The notes under the pieces were generated by a model, which saw nothing but the letters and a program-made list of their open reading frames with translations, did not search any database and was not told where the DNA came from. A stretch of 64,000 nt of DNA from a virus. Taxonomy: Duplodnaviria; Caudoviricetes. The position numbers were made by a program, and so were the translations under genes. Numbering within the stretch: the stretch's first letter is position 1; each line of letters starts with the position of its first letter. Below, in pieces: positions 56,480 to 64,000 of this stretch. The stretch lies in IMG/VR virus record IMGVR_UViG_2887663082_000001, positions 1-64,000 of that record; one strand, 5' to 3'.

Positions 56480-57378
56480 CGTTTAGCCTCGCCTCCGAGG
56501 GCATCGACAATGTTAGAAACGATGCTATCAAGTTCACCGGCCAAAAGGATAATGTCGGCAGACTGCCGCTGAAGCACATCTTCTGACTCGATATCGGAAT
56601 TTTGGTCCACCAGCTCATCAGCGAATTTAACACCGCTGAACATGGCGGAATCGTCGATTGAGAAATTCACCCGGTCCGTACAAAGCGCGAGCTTTGTTAT
56701 CAGCTTACCGGCGGCGATCATTGTCTTAACCTCATCGCTGGAAAGGTCCTGCTTACTCAGCTTTGCGCAACCGCCATCTTCCAGGATTGCTTTCAAATCA
56801 GCCTTCTCGCCAAGCGTGTAACCTGCTGGTGGAGCATCGTTACGAACCCATTCAGTGAGTGTTAGCTCGATAGGTGATTCTATGGTTAGCGGGACAACTG
56901 GCAGCGATCCGAGTGCCTTACGCAGCAGGGCCAGCGCATCTTCTGATTTACGAGCACCGGTATTGATGAACAGCAGCTGGGATTTTGTGGAGTAGATAAT
57001 CTGGGTTTTTTCAGTTGCTGTGAATGCGCGCGGGAGAAGGGCATGCAACACTTCATCTCTGAGGGCATCCTTCTCGGTTTTTTTGAGCTTGCGCCCCTGG
57101 TCCGATTCCAGTTTCGAGATTTTTTCGTTTAAAGCTTTCTTCAGAACGTGTCCGGGAAGCAGCTTCTTCTCGCGCTGGAAAGTGAGGGATATGAACCCGC
57201 TAGCCTCGAAATACAGCATGTCGGTACCGAGAGGGCTGACAAAACCGGTTCCCGCCATATCCTGGCTGCCACATGGAGAGAACTTGAATTCGGGCAGAGC
57301 TGGCGCAAGGGTCTCAGCATCGATGTCCATATCACGAGATAGACGATAGACGGCGAAATTACGGAATTCTTTGAACAT
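56476..57378 (-). CDS. rdgC: RdgC recombination-associated protein (P1 hrdC)
   Basis: FSPCGSQD..GFVSP, LLPRAF and LLRKALGSLPVVP motifs. Confidence 0.93.
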   Translation of the reverse strand: MFKEFRNFAVYRLSRDMDIDAETLAPALPEFKFSPCGSQDMAGTGFVSPLGTDMLYFEASGFISLTFQREKKLLPGHVLKKALNEKISKLESDQGRKLKKTEKDALRDEVLHALLPRAFTATEKTQIIYSTKSQLLFINTGARKSEDALALLRKALGSLPVVPLTIESPIELTLTEWVRNDAPPAGYTLGEKADLKAILEDGGCAKLSKQDLSSDEVKTMIAAGKLITKLALCTDRVNFSIDDSAMFSGVKFADELVDQNSDIESEDVLQRQSADIILLAGELDSIVSNIVDALGGEAKR

Positions 57379-57629
57379 TATGAGGACGCCTTACTGTATT
57401 CAACGGTAAAGCTGGGCACTCCGAATTCCTTCAGAAACTCAACAGGAGGAACGATGTTGGACCAGATCCGGGGCTTGCTGCCGATTGTTCCCAGGATCAG
57501 CTCTGTACCATCGACGCAGCGGGCGATGATGCAATGCTCTTTTCCATTAACACTGATAACGTACTGATCGAACTTCCCGGCGGTCATTTCATGAATGAAG
57601 TTCGCCCGGTTTAATATGATTTGGGCCAT
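57378..57629 (-). CDS. Hypothetical 83-aa protein
   Basis: First gene of the rdgC-dam operon; operator-like site at 57661. Confidence 0.65.
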   Translation of the reverse strand: MAQIILNRANFIHEMTAGKFDQYVISVNGKEHCIIARCVDGTELILGTIGSKPRIWSNIVPPVEFLKEFGVPSFTVEYSKASS

Positions 57630-57939
57630 TTAGCATTACTCCGATAAACAGAATTTACAGAGTATACTAATTTTTAGCGTAAATGATATTGGTTGTTCCG
57701 ATTGAACTGGCATTTTTTAGCTTGGTTTCAAGGTGGAATCGGTCGTATTTTGCCTTTTTTTAATGCAGTTTTGTTACGGATGATACTAAATGACACGCTG
57801 ACGCGGCGGGAGCAAGGTGCGCAAACATGGCGCTTAACGTTATGATTTATGGATGCATGAAGAGTGTATGATGTATTCCTACAAGGTGTACTTAGTACAT
57901 CCTTTGTAAAATCAAAGGCTGTACTAAGTGTTTACTCGT

Positions 57940-58551
57940 TTATCCCTTGTCTATTTTCACCTGAGCGCCTTTCAGCGATATGGTCCCTGCTGCCGTCATA
58001 TCAATATTGGCATCAGACTTTATGGTCATATCAGCGGTCGAATGGATGAAGAGGGTGAGCTGGCTGCTAATGTATAGCTGCCCGGAGTCGTTCATACCTA
58101 AAGTTGAACCGGAGGCCTTATGGGTCACAGACCATGAACCACTTTGGTTACGGATCTCCAGCAAACCATTACGGTCAAGAACGTAGTCTTTACCCGGTGT
58201 TACGGTCGCTACATCAGGCGCGCCCTCTACAGCTGGTGGAACGTAAGGAGAGCCTTGCCCGGATGCTTCAGGAGCAGCGTCAGGAACTCCACCTGGTGAG
58301 TCAGTAGCCCGCCCTACTATGCGTGGCCGCGTACTATCCCCGTTGTAAGGGAAATCAACCCAGACACCATCTCCGGGGAGCAATGGAATAAACGCGCCGT
58401 TATCGGGCGGCATGCGCTCTGCCCATGGGAGGTCCCGATCCGGAATACTTTCCCAGACACCCACCAGCCGCACCGTTACACGCAACAAATTGCTGGGGTC
58501 GTCTACTGTCACAACTTTTGCCCGCTGCGGGCCGTTAATTAGTCCCGTCAT
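57940..58551 (-). CDS. Baseplate spike protein (gp5 / gpV-like)
   Basis: AKVVTVDDP..LLRV and LPWA...VWVDF..GD..RP OB-fold; beta-helix C-terminus. Confidence 0.85.
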   Translation of the reverse strand: MTGLINGPQRAKVVTVDDPSNLLRVTVRLVGVWESIPDRDLPWAERMPPDNGAFIPLLPGDGVWVDFPYNGDSTRPRIVGRATDSPGGVPDAAPEASGQGSPYVPPAVEGAPDVATVTPGKDYVLDRNGLLEIRNQSGSWSVTHKASGSTLGMNDSGQLYISSQLTLFIHSTADMTIKSDANIDMTAAGTISLKGAQVKIDKG

Positions 58552-59542
58552 AAATTACCCCCAGAACAGCGCGAGTCACATATCCGAAGCGATCTTCCTG
58601 ATGTGCAGCAACACGAACGATTAATTTGGTTGGGACCGACTCATCAAGCCCGCTTTCACTGTTGTAGTTGTGGATCAGCACCTTTACCGGTAACCCCGGC
58701 GTTATTGCAGAATTACCGGTCACCTCAACATCGATTTTCGGAAGCAGGAAGGTGGATAGATTGTTTAATGCCGTCTGGTCGTCAACGCTGACCATTTTAA
58801 CCGGCCAGGACTTGTCACCGGCTGTTAGGAGGCCTTTGGTTGGATGATATGCCATAAGCCGGTATTGCCGGGAGCGTATGTACTGGTCGTCGTTGTTGAG
58901 CTTAGCGAAGCGGTTGAGGCGCAGCGGCGCTTTTGGATTGTTGGCTTCATACGTCAGCGCCGGTGACGAACGCGAGAGCGTGGCCATGCTTTTGACATTA
59001 ATCGTGCCTCGGCATACCCAACAAAGGGCACCGGCCTCCTGTGCCATTTGCGCCAGCACGCCGCTGGGTTTTTGGCCCATGTTGAGGTGATACGTACCGA
59101 GTTTTTTAAAGTTGTCAGCGCTTACTGTCAGCGCGGTCGCCAGCGCGCTCACAATATTCGCCGGTTGCTTCTTAACGAAAAACTGTGGCTTCGGTGCCGG
59201 TTGCTTTAGAGCTTTCACCTTTTCGCTGAAGGCAATAATGGTAACCATGTCTGAAGATTGAGGCGCTTTAAGAACCTCGAACGTATCAACCCACGTCGTG
59301 TTACCTAATCCCTGGGGATCACCAAAGCTGCAGGTAAGGATAGTCCCTTTCTTCACACCCAGTTGGTCGACGACATAGCTGGAGCTGTCGTGTATCTCCA
59401 GTCTCAGCTGTGGGCCGGTCAAATCGGCTATCTCGATATAAAGGCAGCTCGCAATCATCGACCGAGGGATCTCAGTACTGCCTATTTTTACTGACTGCAA
59501 GAAGAGCTGAGAGCGCTTATCTGAACTGCCATTAGTCGCCAT
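58535..59542 (-). CDS. Baseplate hub (P1 gp6-like)
   Basis: 335 aa; YIE.ADL.GP.L motif; synteny. Confidence 0.7.
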   Translation of the reverse strand: MATNGSSDKRSQLFLQSVKIGSTEIPRSMIASCLYIEIADLTGPQLRLEIHDSSSYVVDQLGVKKGTILTCSFGDPQGLGNTTWVDTFEVLKAPQSSDMVTIIAFSEKVKALKQPAPKPQFFVKKQPANIVSALATALTVSADNFKKLGTYHLNMGQKPSGVLAQMAQEAGALCWVCRGTINVKSMATLSRSSPALTYEANNPKAPLRLNRFAKLNNDDQYIRSRQYRLMAYHPTKGLLTAGDKSWPVKMVSVDDQTALNNLSTFLLPKIDVEVTGNSAITPGLPVKVLIHNYNSESGLDESVPTKLIVRVAAHQEDRFGYVTRAVLGVIYDGTN

Positions 59543-60347
59543 ACGGGACCTTCCCTGATTCAGTCATTACGCCGGTACCGCCGCCAGCGAAAACATCAAT
59601 AGTCCCTGTTGCGGGAACCCCTTTCCACGCTGAGTACAGTGGCGCTAATACGGCGAAAGAGATAGCAGAGGCAAATACACGATTGGTTGCTAGCGGTAGA
59701 GAGAGGTTGTCGATGATCGCCGCCTTGGGATCACGAATCTGACATTTCATCTCTATTGACGCGCCAGCGAGCACCGTGAGCGCGCTGAAGCTCGTATTCC
59801 CATAGTTGGTGAATTGCCTGAACCACGATGCAAAAACGCCAGTAAGAGCGTTTAACACCTCTTTTTCGTTAGCCAGTATCATCAATGAGTAAGAGATCTC
59901 GATGGGCGTATTGCTCAGTAATGCACACGGCTTACCGTCTGCCCCACTAATATAGCCACCATCATAGTCATCACTAACGATCGTATTATCGTGCAGTTGG
60001 AAGCCTGGCGTGCGGCCAAGGTTCAGCACCGGCAGCGAGTTTGTATTCATTTCCGGCGCGTTCGCGCTGAGTCGTCGTCCCGCACCAGCTGCGCGGTAGG
60101 CTCTGAGAAATGCTTCAACGTCGTCGAATTCTCCAAACTTCAGCTGGTCACTCTTTTCGCGCGCCAAAAACTCTTTAAGCGGTTTGGCCCATGGCCTCGA
60201 GTCGGTCAGCTCAATGTCTTCCAGTGCAGCCAAAAGAGTATTGCCAAGACCAGCGTCGACGTCGCTGGTGGATGAGAGCTCGCGCTTCCCGGTAGGCTTC
60301 AGCAAAGCCTTTTTAAAGCGCATCAGTAAAATATCGTTAATCGCCAT
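59532..60347 (-). CDS. Tail completion/stability protein (P1 gp24-like)
   Basis: Start MAIND at 60347; AGAGRR and LPVLNLGR; synteny. Confidence 0.62.
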   Translation of the reverse strand: MAINDILLMRFKKALLKPTGKRELSSTSDVDAGLGNTLLAALEDIELTDSRPWAKPLKEFLAREKSDQLKFGEFDDVEAFLRAYRAAGAGRRLSANAPEMNTNSLPVLNLGRTPGFQLHDNTIVSDDYDGGYISGADGKPCALLSNTPIEISYSLMILANEKEVLNALTGVFASWFRQFTNYGNTSFSALTVLAGASIEMKCQIRDPKAAIIDNLSLPLATNRVFASAISFAVLAPLYSAWKGVPATGTIDVFAGGGTGVMTESGKVPYGD

Positions 60348-61095
60348 CAGATACAGACTCCTCGAATGTACGACACGGAATGCAGTAGAAAAGGGTGCCC
60401 ACAGCGGCGGTGCCATAGTTGAATTTACGGTGTACGTACCACCAGCGGCGCGTTACTTCGCCAGAAGCGAGCTCTTCATTCCACTCCAGGATTGAACCGA
60501 TCGAGATATCGAGGGCGGCCACACGGAGTATCAGTGAATCTTCTTGATAGCCTGTGTTGTCGTCCTCCTCGTTCATACTGAGATAGCTATCCATTTCGTC
60601 CGGACAGTCGAGGACCTTCACGATCTCCGGTTCGCCGTAGGATAGCGTTTCCTGATTGGGGTCCAGACGTTCTGCCTGCATAACTTCGAAGCCATCATCA
60701 TCAATCTGAGCATCGATAGAGTTAGCGCGATACAGCAGAGCATCGAAGGAAAGCGGGTCCTTTATGATCGCTAAAGCCCACGCTTCGCGGTATAGGTCGT
60801 TGAAACCTTTGTGGCCAAGAAATCGAGCGCGCAAATCACTGTTAGCAGGGCGGGAAAGCATTGCACCAGTGATTGCAACAGGCGCTTCAGTTGGTTCTCC
60901 CTGCGCGCTGGGAATGTCTTGTTTTGCTGATGGCTCATCTATATGGTCCGCAACTGGTTGCAAGGTTTCGAAGGCGGTTGCACCAGCGTTGGTGCCGGAG
61001 ACAGTATCAGCAGCAGTAGTGTCGCCATCAGGAACACCACCAGCCAGCGGGATATCGTCGTCGTTAGCGATAAGATCGTCATAGAAGCCTGCCAT
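60337..61095 (-). CDS. P1 gp7-like tail protein
   Basis: LDCPDE and GSILEW...WWYVH...YGTA.VG.L.YCIP motifs. Confidence 0.68.
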   Translation of the reverse strand: MAGFYDDLIANDDDIPLAGGVPDGDTTAADTVSGTNAGATAFETLQPVADHIDEPSAKQDIPSAQGEPTEAPVAITGAMLSRPANSDLRARFLGHKGFNDLYREAWALAIIKDPLSFDALLYRANSIDAQIDDDGFEVMQAERLDPNQETLSYGEPEIVKVLDCPDEMDSYLSMNEEDDNTGYQEDSLILRVAALDISIGSILEWNEELASGEVTRRWWYVHRKFNYGTAAVGTLFYCIPCRTFEESVSDGD

Positions 61096-62306
61096 TATTG
61101 TTTACCCTGTTGCGAGGCGAGCCATTTTTTGAAGGCTGTCTCTGCTTGTTGGTCGGTCATGCCGGTCATTTTCATAGCCTGAATGAATCCTTGTTTTTTC
61201 AGCTTGAGCTGTTCCTGAAGTTGAGCCTTCATCGCCTCCTGTTGTTTTTTCAGGAGTGCATTTTCAGCCCGCGTCGTTTTGAGTTCTGCCGCTTTTCGTT
61301 TGAGCGCGTTACGCGTGGTAGAAGCCTGTTTTCTCAGCCTCTCGATCTTGTCCTTTTCAGTTCGCTGGACCTTGGCGAATCCCCGCTGCGCAGCCTGGTA
61401 CTTTTCAAACTCGCGGCTTATCTTTGCCTGGTCAGTCTGGTCTGAGCGGTTACGGGCTAAAGCCTTCTGTTCCTTGTCAGTGAATACTTTGGTCGTACGC
61501 TTTTTGTCGTCCCCAAAAGCTACCTGTTCCGCTGCTTTCTTCATCTGAGTTCCCAGCTGGCGCTGCCAGGTTGACGACTGGAAACGGGTCATGACGTGGA
61601 GCACGTGCTTACAGGCCGCGCCCACCAGATCCGGGTTGCGGATCTTCGGGAAAGCGTATTCAGCTGGTGGCTTTAATGCGTAATTCCCTGCGGTGGCCAT
61701 ATAGCGGAACCAATACTGATGGCGGCCACAATCACAGTCGAAAGAAACACGGCCTTTCGCCAGATTCTTAGCCAGTGTGGCCAGACTCACTTTTTCATCG
61801 CCGACGTCCTCCACGTAGCGATCCCATTCTTCGAAGCGCACGCGCACCAGGTGGTTATCGTCTACAGAGGCGTCAGAGGCGTTAACTTTCACGTCAGCGA
61901 TATTGTGGCGGAGCCGGATGAAGATGGCCGACTTGATGCCGGTGCCATCGGACACTTTGTTGTTGGCGCGCTTCACGTCGATCTGAGTGGACATGGCCAC
62001 CAGCTGCGCGTAGGTAATCCCCGCCTGCTCACTGCTGAAGGCGGTACGGTGGCCCGCCCGCTTCTCAATAAAGTTCTTCAGGTCCTCAGGCGTGAAGAAA
62101 GTGCCGTCCTTCTTCTTACCGAGTTTGAGGATCTCATCGACGCTCTTATTACGCATACGCGCGGGCGTAAGCGTGCGGTGCGCGCCACGGCGATTGGCGC
62201 GCTGCCCCTTACGGATTTTGTTGAACACCTTCAGGAAGTCGGCTGCCGAAAGCCCATGCGTGGCATAGCGACCGTTATCCTTCTTCTCAAAGCTGGGGGA
62301 GGGCAT
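61095..62306 (-). CDS. P1 gp25-like protein with SWIM-type Zn finger
   Basis: FDCDCGRHQYW...ACKH; synteny. Confidence 0.68.
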   Translation of the reverse strand: MPSPSFEKKDNGRYATHGLSAADFLKVFNKIRKGQRANRRGAHRTLTPARMRNKSVDEILKLGKKKDGTFFTPEDLKNFIEKRAGHRTAFSSEQAGITYAQLVAMSTQIDVKRANNKVSDGTGIKSAIFIRLRHNIADVKVNASDASVDDNHLVRVRFEEWDRYVEDVGDEKVSLATLAKNLAKGRVSFDCDCGRHQYWFRYMATAGNYALKPPAEYAFPKIRNPDLVGAACKHVLHVMTRFQSSTWQRQLGTQMKKAAEQVAFGDDKKRTTKVFTDKEQKALARNRSDQTDQAKISREFEKYQAAQRGFAKVQRTEKDKIERLRKQASTTRNALKRKAAELKTTRAENALLKKQQEAMKAQLQEQLKLKKQGFIQAMKMTGMTDQQAETAFKKWLASQQGKQ

Positions 62307-62323
62307 CAGCTATTAATCCTGTT

Positions 62324-62665
62324 TCAGTTACTTTGAATGGTACTGTCTAATTCCGGCTTGCTGATTGAATAGGAGTTAATCAGTTCGCGTATCCACGCCA
62401 GCGTAGGGAGAAATAGCGCCTGCCCCACCGGCAGCGGTTCACTTTCATCTTCCTGACCGCAAACGAGGGTTATCACCCAGCGCAATTGGTCCGTTTCCCA
62501 TACGCGCTGGGATATGAGATCTGGGCGGTAGATTTCGTCCTGCGAGATATCGTGAGGAATGAGGTCCGAGTCAAAGCTATTGCACTTGGCCACGATGGCC
62601 TGGCGCATGTACGCGCGGATAATCGGATCGGATATGTTGCGCTCATCGAGGCGGGAAATAGTCAC
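62324..62665 (-). CDS. Baseplate protein (P1 gp26-like)
   Basis: EIYRPDLISQRVW...LRWV; LysM/gp53-like. Confidence 0.7.
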   Translation of the reverse strand: MTISRLDERNISDPIIRAYMRQAIVAKCNSFDSDLIPHDISQDEIYRPDLISQRVWETDQLRWVITLVCGQEDESEPLPVGQALFLPTLAWIRELINSYSISKPELDSTIQSN

Positions 62666-63309
62666 AGGTAGCGCCCCTTGCCGGTAAGCGAGCTCATGGT
62701 GACGGACTTGATGCCAGCCTCCTCAGTAGCGCGCACTATTTTCCGGAGTGGTTCGAGTGGATCAGGCGGTGTCTCTACCTTCAGGGATGCGTACATCTGT
62801 TCAAGGTATGAAACGCTGGTCACGTTTTGATAAACCGTGCCATAAACGCAAACGAGCAGCAGGATATGCTCGCTCTTAAGCCGCTCCCAGTCGATTCGGT
62901 ACACCGTGCGCCCGCTGGTGTCATGGTCCATATCAATGAGGTTCTCAGGGATTGTGTAGCGCTGGCCTGCACCGGATGTTTTAGGTTTGATGATCGCCTT
63001 CTGGATATTCAGCTCTCTATACAGATCCAGCGCTTCAACCAGTATCGGCTTTCCGCTTGTCCCTGGGTTGGCTAACTGGATATGAACGCCGCCGGTTGAA
63101 CTGAAGAAGCCGCTACGCTCATCCACCAGCACGTCATAACCATCCTTCTCCATCTTGCGGATTATCTCCGGTACGACGTTCTGAAGCCCTTTGCGGTCCG
63201 TTGGTAGCGTCTGTTCAGTAAGCAGGGAGAGGTTGCCCCTATGCCAGACAGCTTCTACCAGCATTGGTTTGGCGGTTGAGAGGGTGATGGCGCATATCGC
63301 CTTATCCAT
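62662..63309 (-). CDS. mat: Mat maturation control protein
   Basis: MDKAIC...GKPILVEAL..Y.EL..QKAI...LTGKGRYL matches recalled P1 Mat; next to ref. Confidence 0.75.
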   Translation of the reverse strand: MDKAICAITLSTAKPMLVEAVWHRGNLSLLTEQTLPTDRKGLQNVVPEIIRKMEKDGYDVLVDERSGFFSSTGGVHIQLANPGTSGKPILVEALDLYRELNIQKAIIKPKTSGAGQRYTIPENLIDMDHDTSGRTVYRIDWERLKSEHILLLVCVYGTVYQNVTSVSYLEQMYASLKVETPPDPLEPLRKIVRATEEAGIKSVTMSSLTGKGRYL

Positions 63310-63541
63310 AGTCGGACTCCACTGATGATGAAGTGACTATCTTATAATTAGTATTATCTGTAAGGAAGCGCGGAATTTAGACAAGAAAAAGGCTGGTGCT
63401 TAACCAGCCTTGTGGGTTTGAGTAAACCATTTCTAATGCAACTACTAGACTGCGTGGATTGTAGCGCTATGTTGGCGATAGAACCAGTAGCGCTTACGGT
63501 TGATGTTATGTTTACGTTTCAAATAAGCTCACAATTAGTAT

Positions 63542-64000
63542 TTATAATCTCTCGATATCGGCGCGTTTACAGGCCTCTGCCAGTAAATCTTGCTGGGTAC
63601 CGTTCGAATGCTCGAACTCAGCAGGACCGCCAACGTTACCGTCGGCATGAACCGGTATCAGCCATGGGTACTCACTTCTCAGTTCAGCCGGTGCTGCTTG
63701 CTGGTGGTGGTAAATGCATAATGGCAATACGCGTGAATGGGCTCCCGGCGCGGTGCGGCCATCGATATGATGCAGGCTGATTAACGGTGAGTTCTTCCCA
63801 TGCATCAGGCATGCAATACAGGGTAGGGAACCCAGCTTATCCATTACCCGGCGTTCGGCTGCGGTCGGGGTGCGTCCTTTACTGCCTCGTGGCTTTACAG
63901 CGGTTCGAGTTTTGCGGGACGGCTGAGGGGCGGCGTTACGTTTATGCTCGACGGATGCTCTGCGCTTCTCTTGGTATTCCGCCGAGCGCAGCCGCGCGAT
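63542..64000 (-). CDS. ref: Ref RecA-dependent HNH nuclease (5' end outside the window)
   Basis: Frame open to 64000; GRTPTAAERRVMDKLGSLPCIAC...LHHIDGRT...LPLC..HHQ. Confidence 0.88.
   Translation of the reverse strand: MARLRSAEYQEKRRASVEHKRNAAPQPSRKTRTAVKPRGSKGRTPTAAERRVMDKLGSLPCIACLMHGKNSPLISLHHIDGRTAPGAHSRVLPLCIYHHQQAAPAELRSEYPWLIPVHADGNVGGPAEFEHSNGTQQDLLAEACKRADIERL

Noticed and set aside
57817-57851. Xer/dif-like site (GGTGCGCAAAC...TTATGATTTAT)
   Set aside because: The spacer is 13 bp rather than 6-8 and both arms are degenerate.
53126-58551. PAAR and spike genes as a T6SS or tailocin
   Set aside because: Capsid, portal, protease and P1 synteny show they belong to the phage tail.
63331-63348. 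Late promoter for mat
   Set aside because: The AAGTGACTAT element and TATAAT read on the + strand with off spacing, so it cannot be assigned to mat.

Overview
About 64 kb of a divergent P1/D6-like phage-plasmid (temperate myovirus kept as an iteron plasmid), probably from an Enterobacterales host. The backbone follows P1 gene blocks: lxc-ulx-darB / prt-pro; the lydA-lydB-hdf-darA-ddrA-ddrB-hxr operon; a cin/cix invertible tail-fibre segment with R, 16, bplA, pmgA, sit, pmgB, tub and pmgC; bplB-pmgG-21-22-23; spanins-upfB-PAAR; dam-rdgC; and 5-6-24-7-25-26-mat-ref. Several modules are swapped or added: a RepA iteron replicon, type Ib par, HigBA, a lambda-R-type endolysin, a ProQ/FinO protein, two c4-icd-ant cassettes with different antisense codes, and two bacteriocin-immunity loci with no lysis gene (one pore-forming; one HNH nuclease with a LexA box and an orphan toxin-tip/immunity pair). 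The most striking non-coding pattern is at late promoters: many sit inside the 5' arm of a hairpin whose 3' arm hides the RBS or start codon of the first late gene, suggesting a genome-wide lock against read-through translation. P1 gene names come from recalled synteny, size and motifs; no database search was run.
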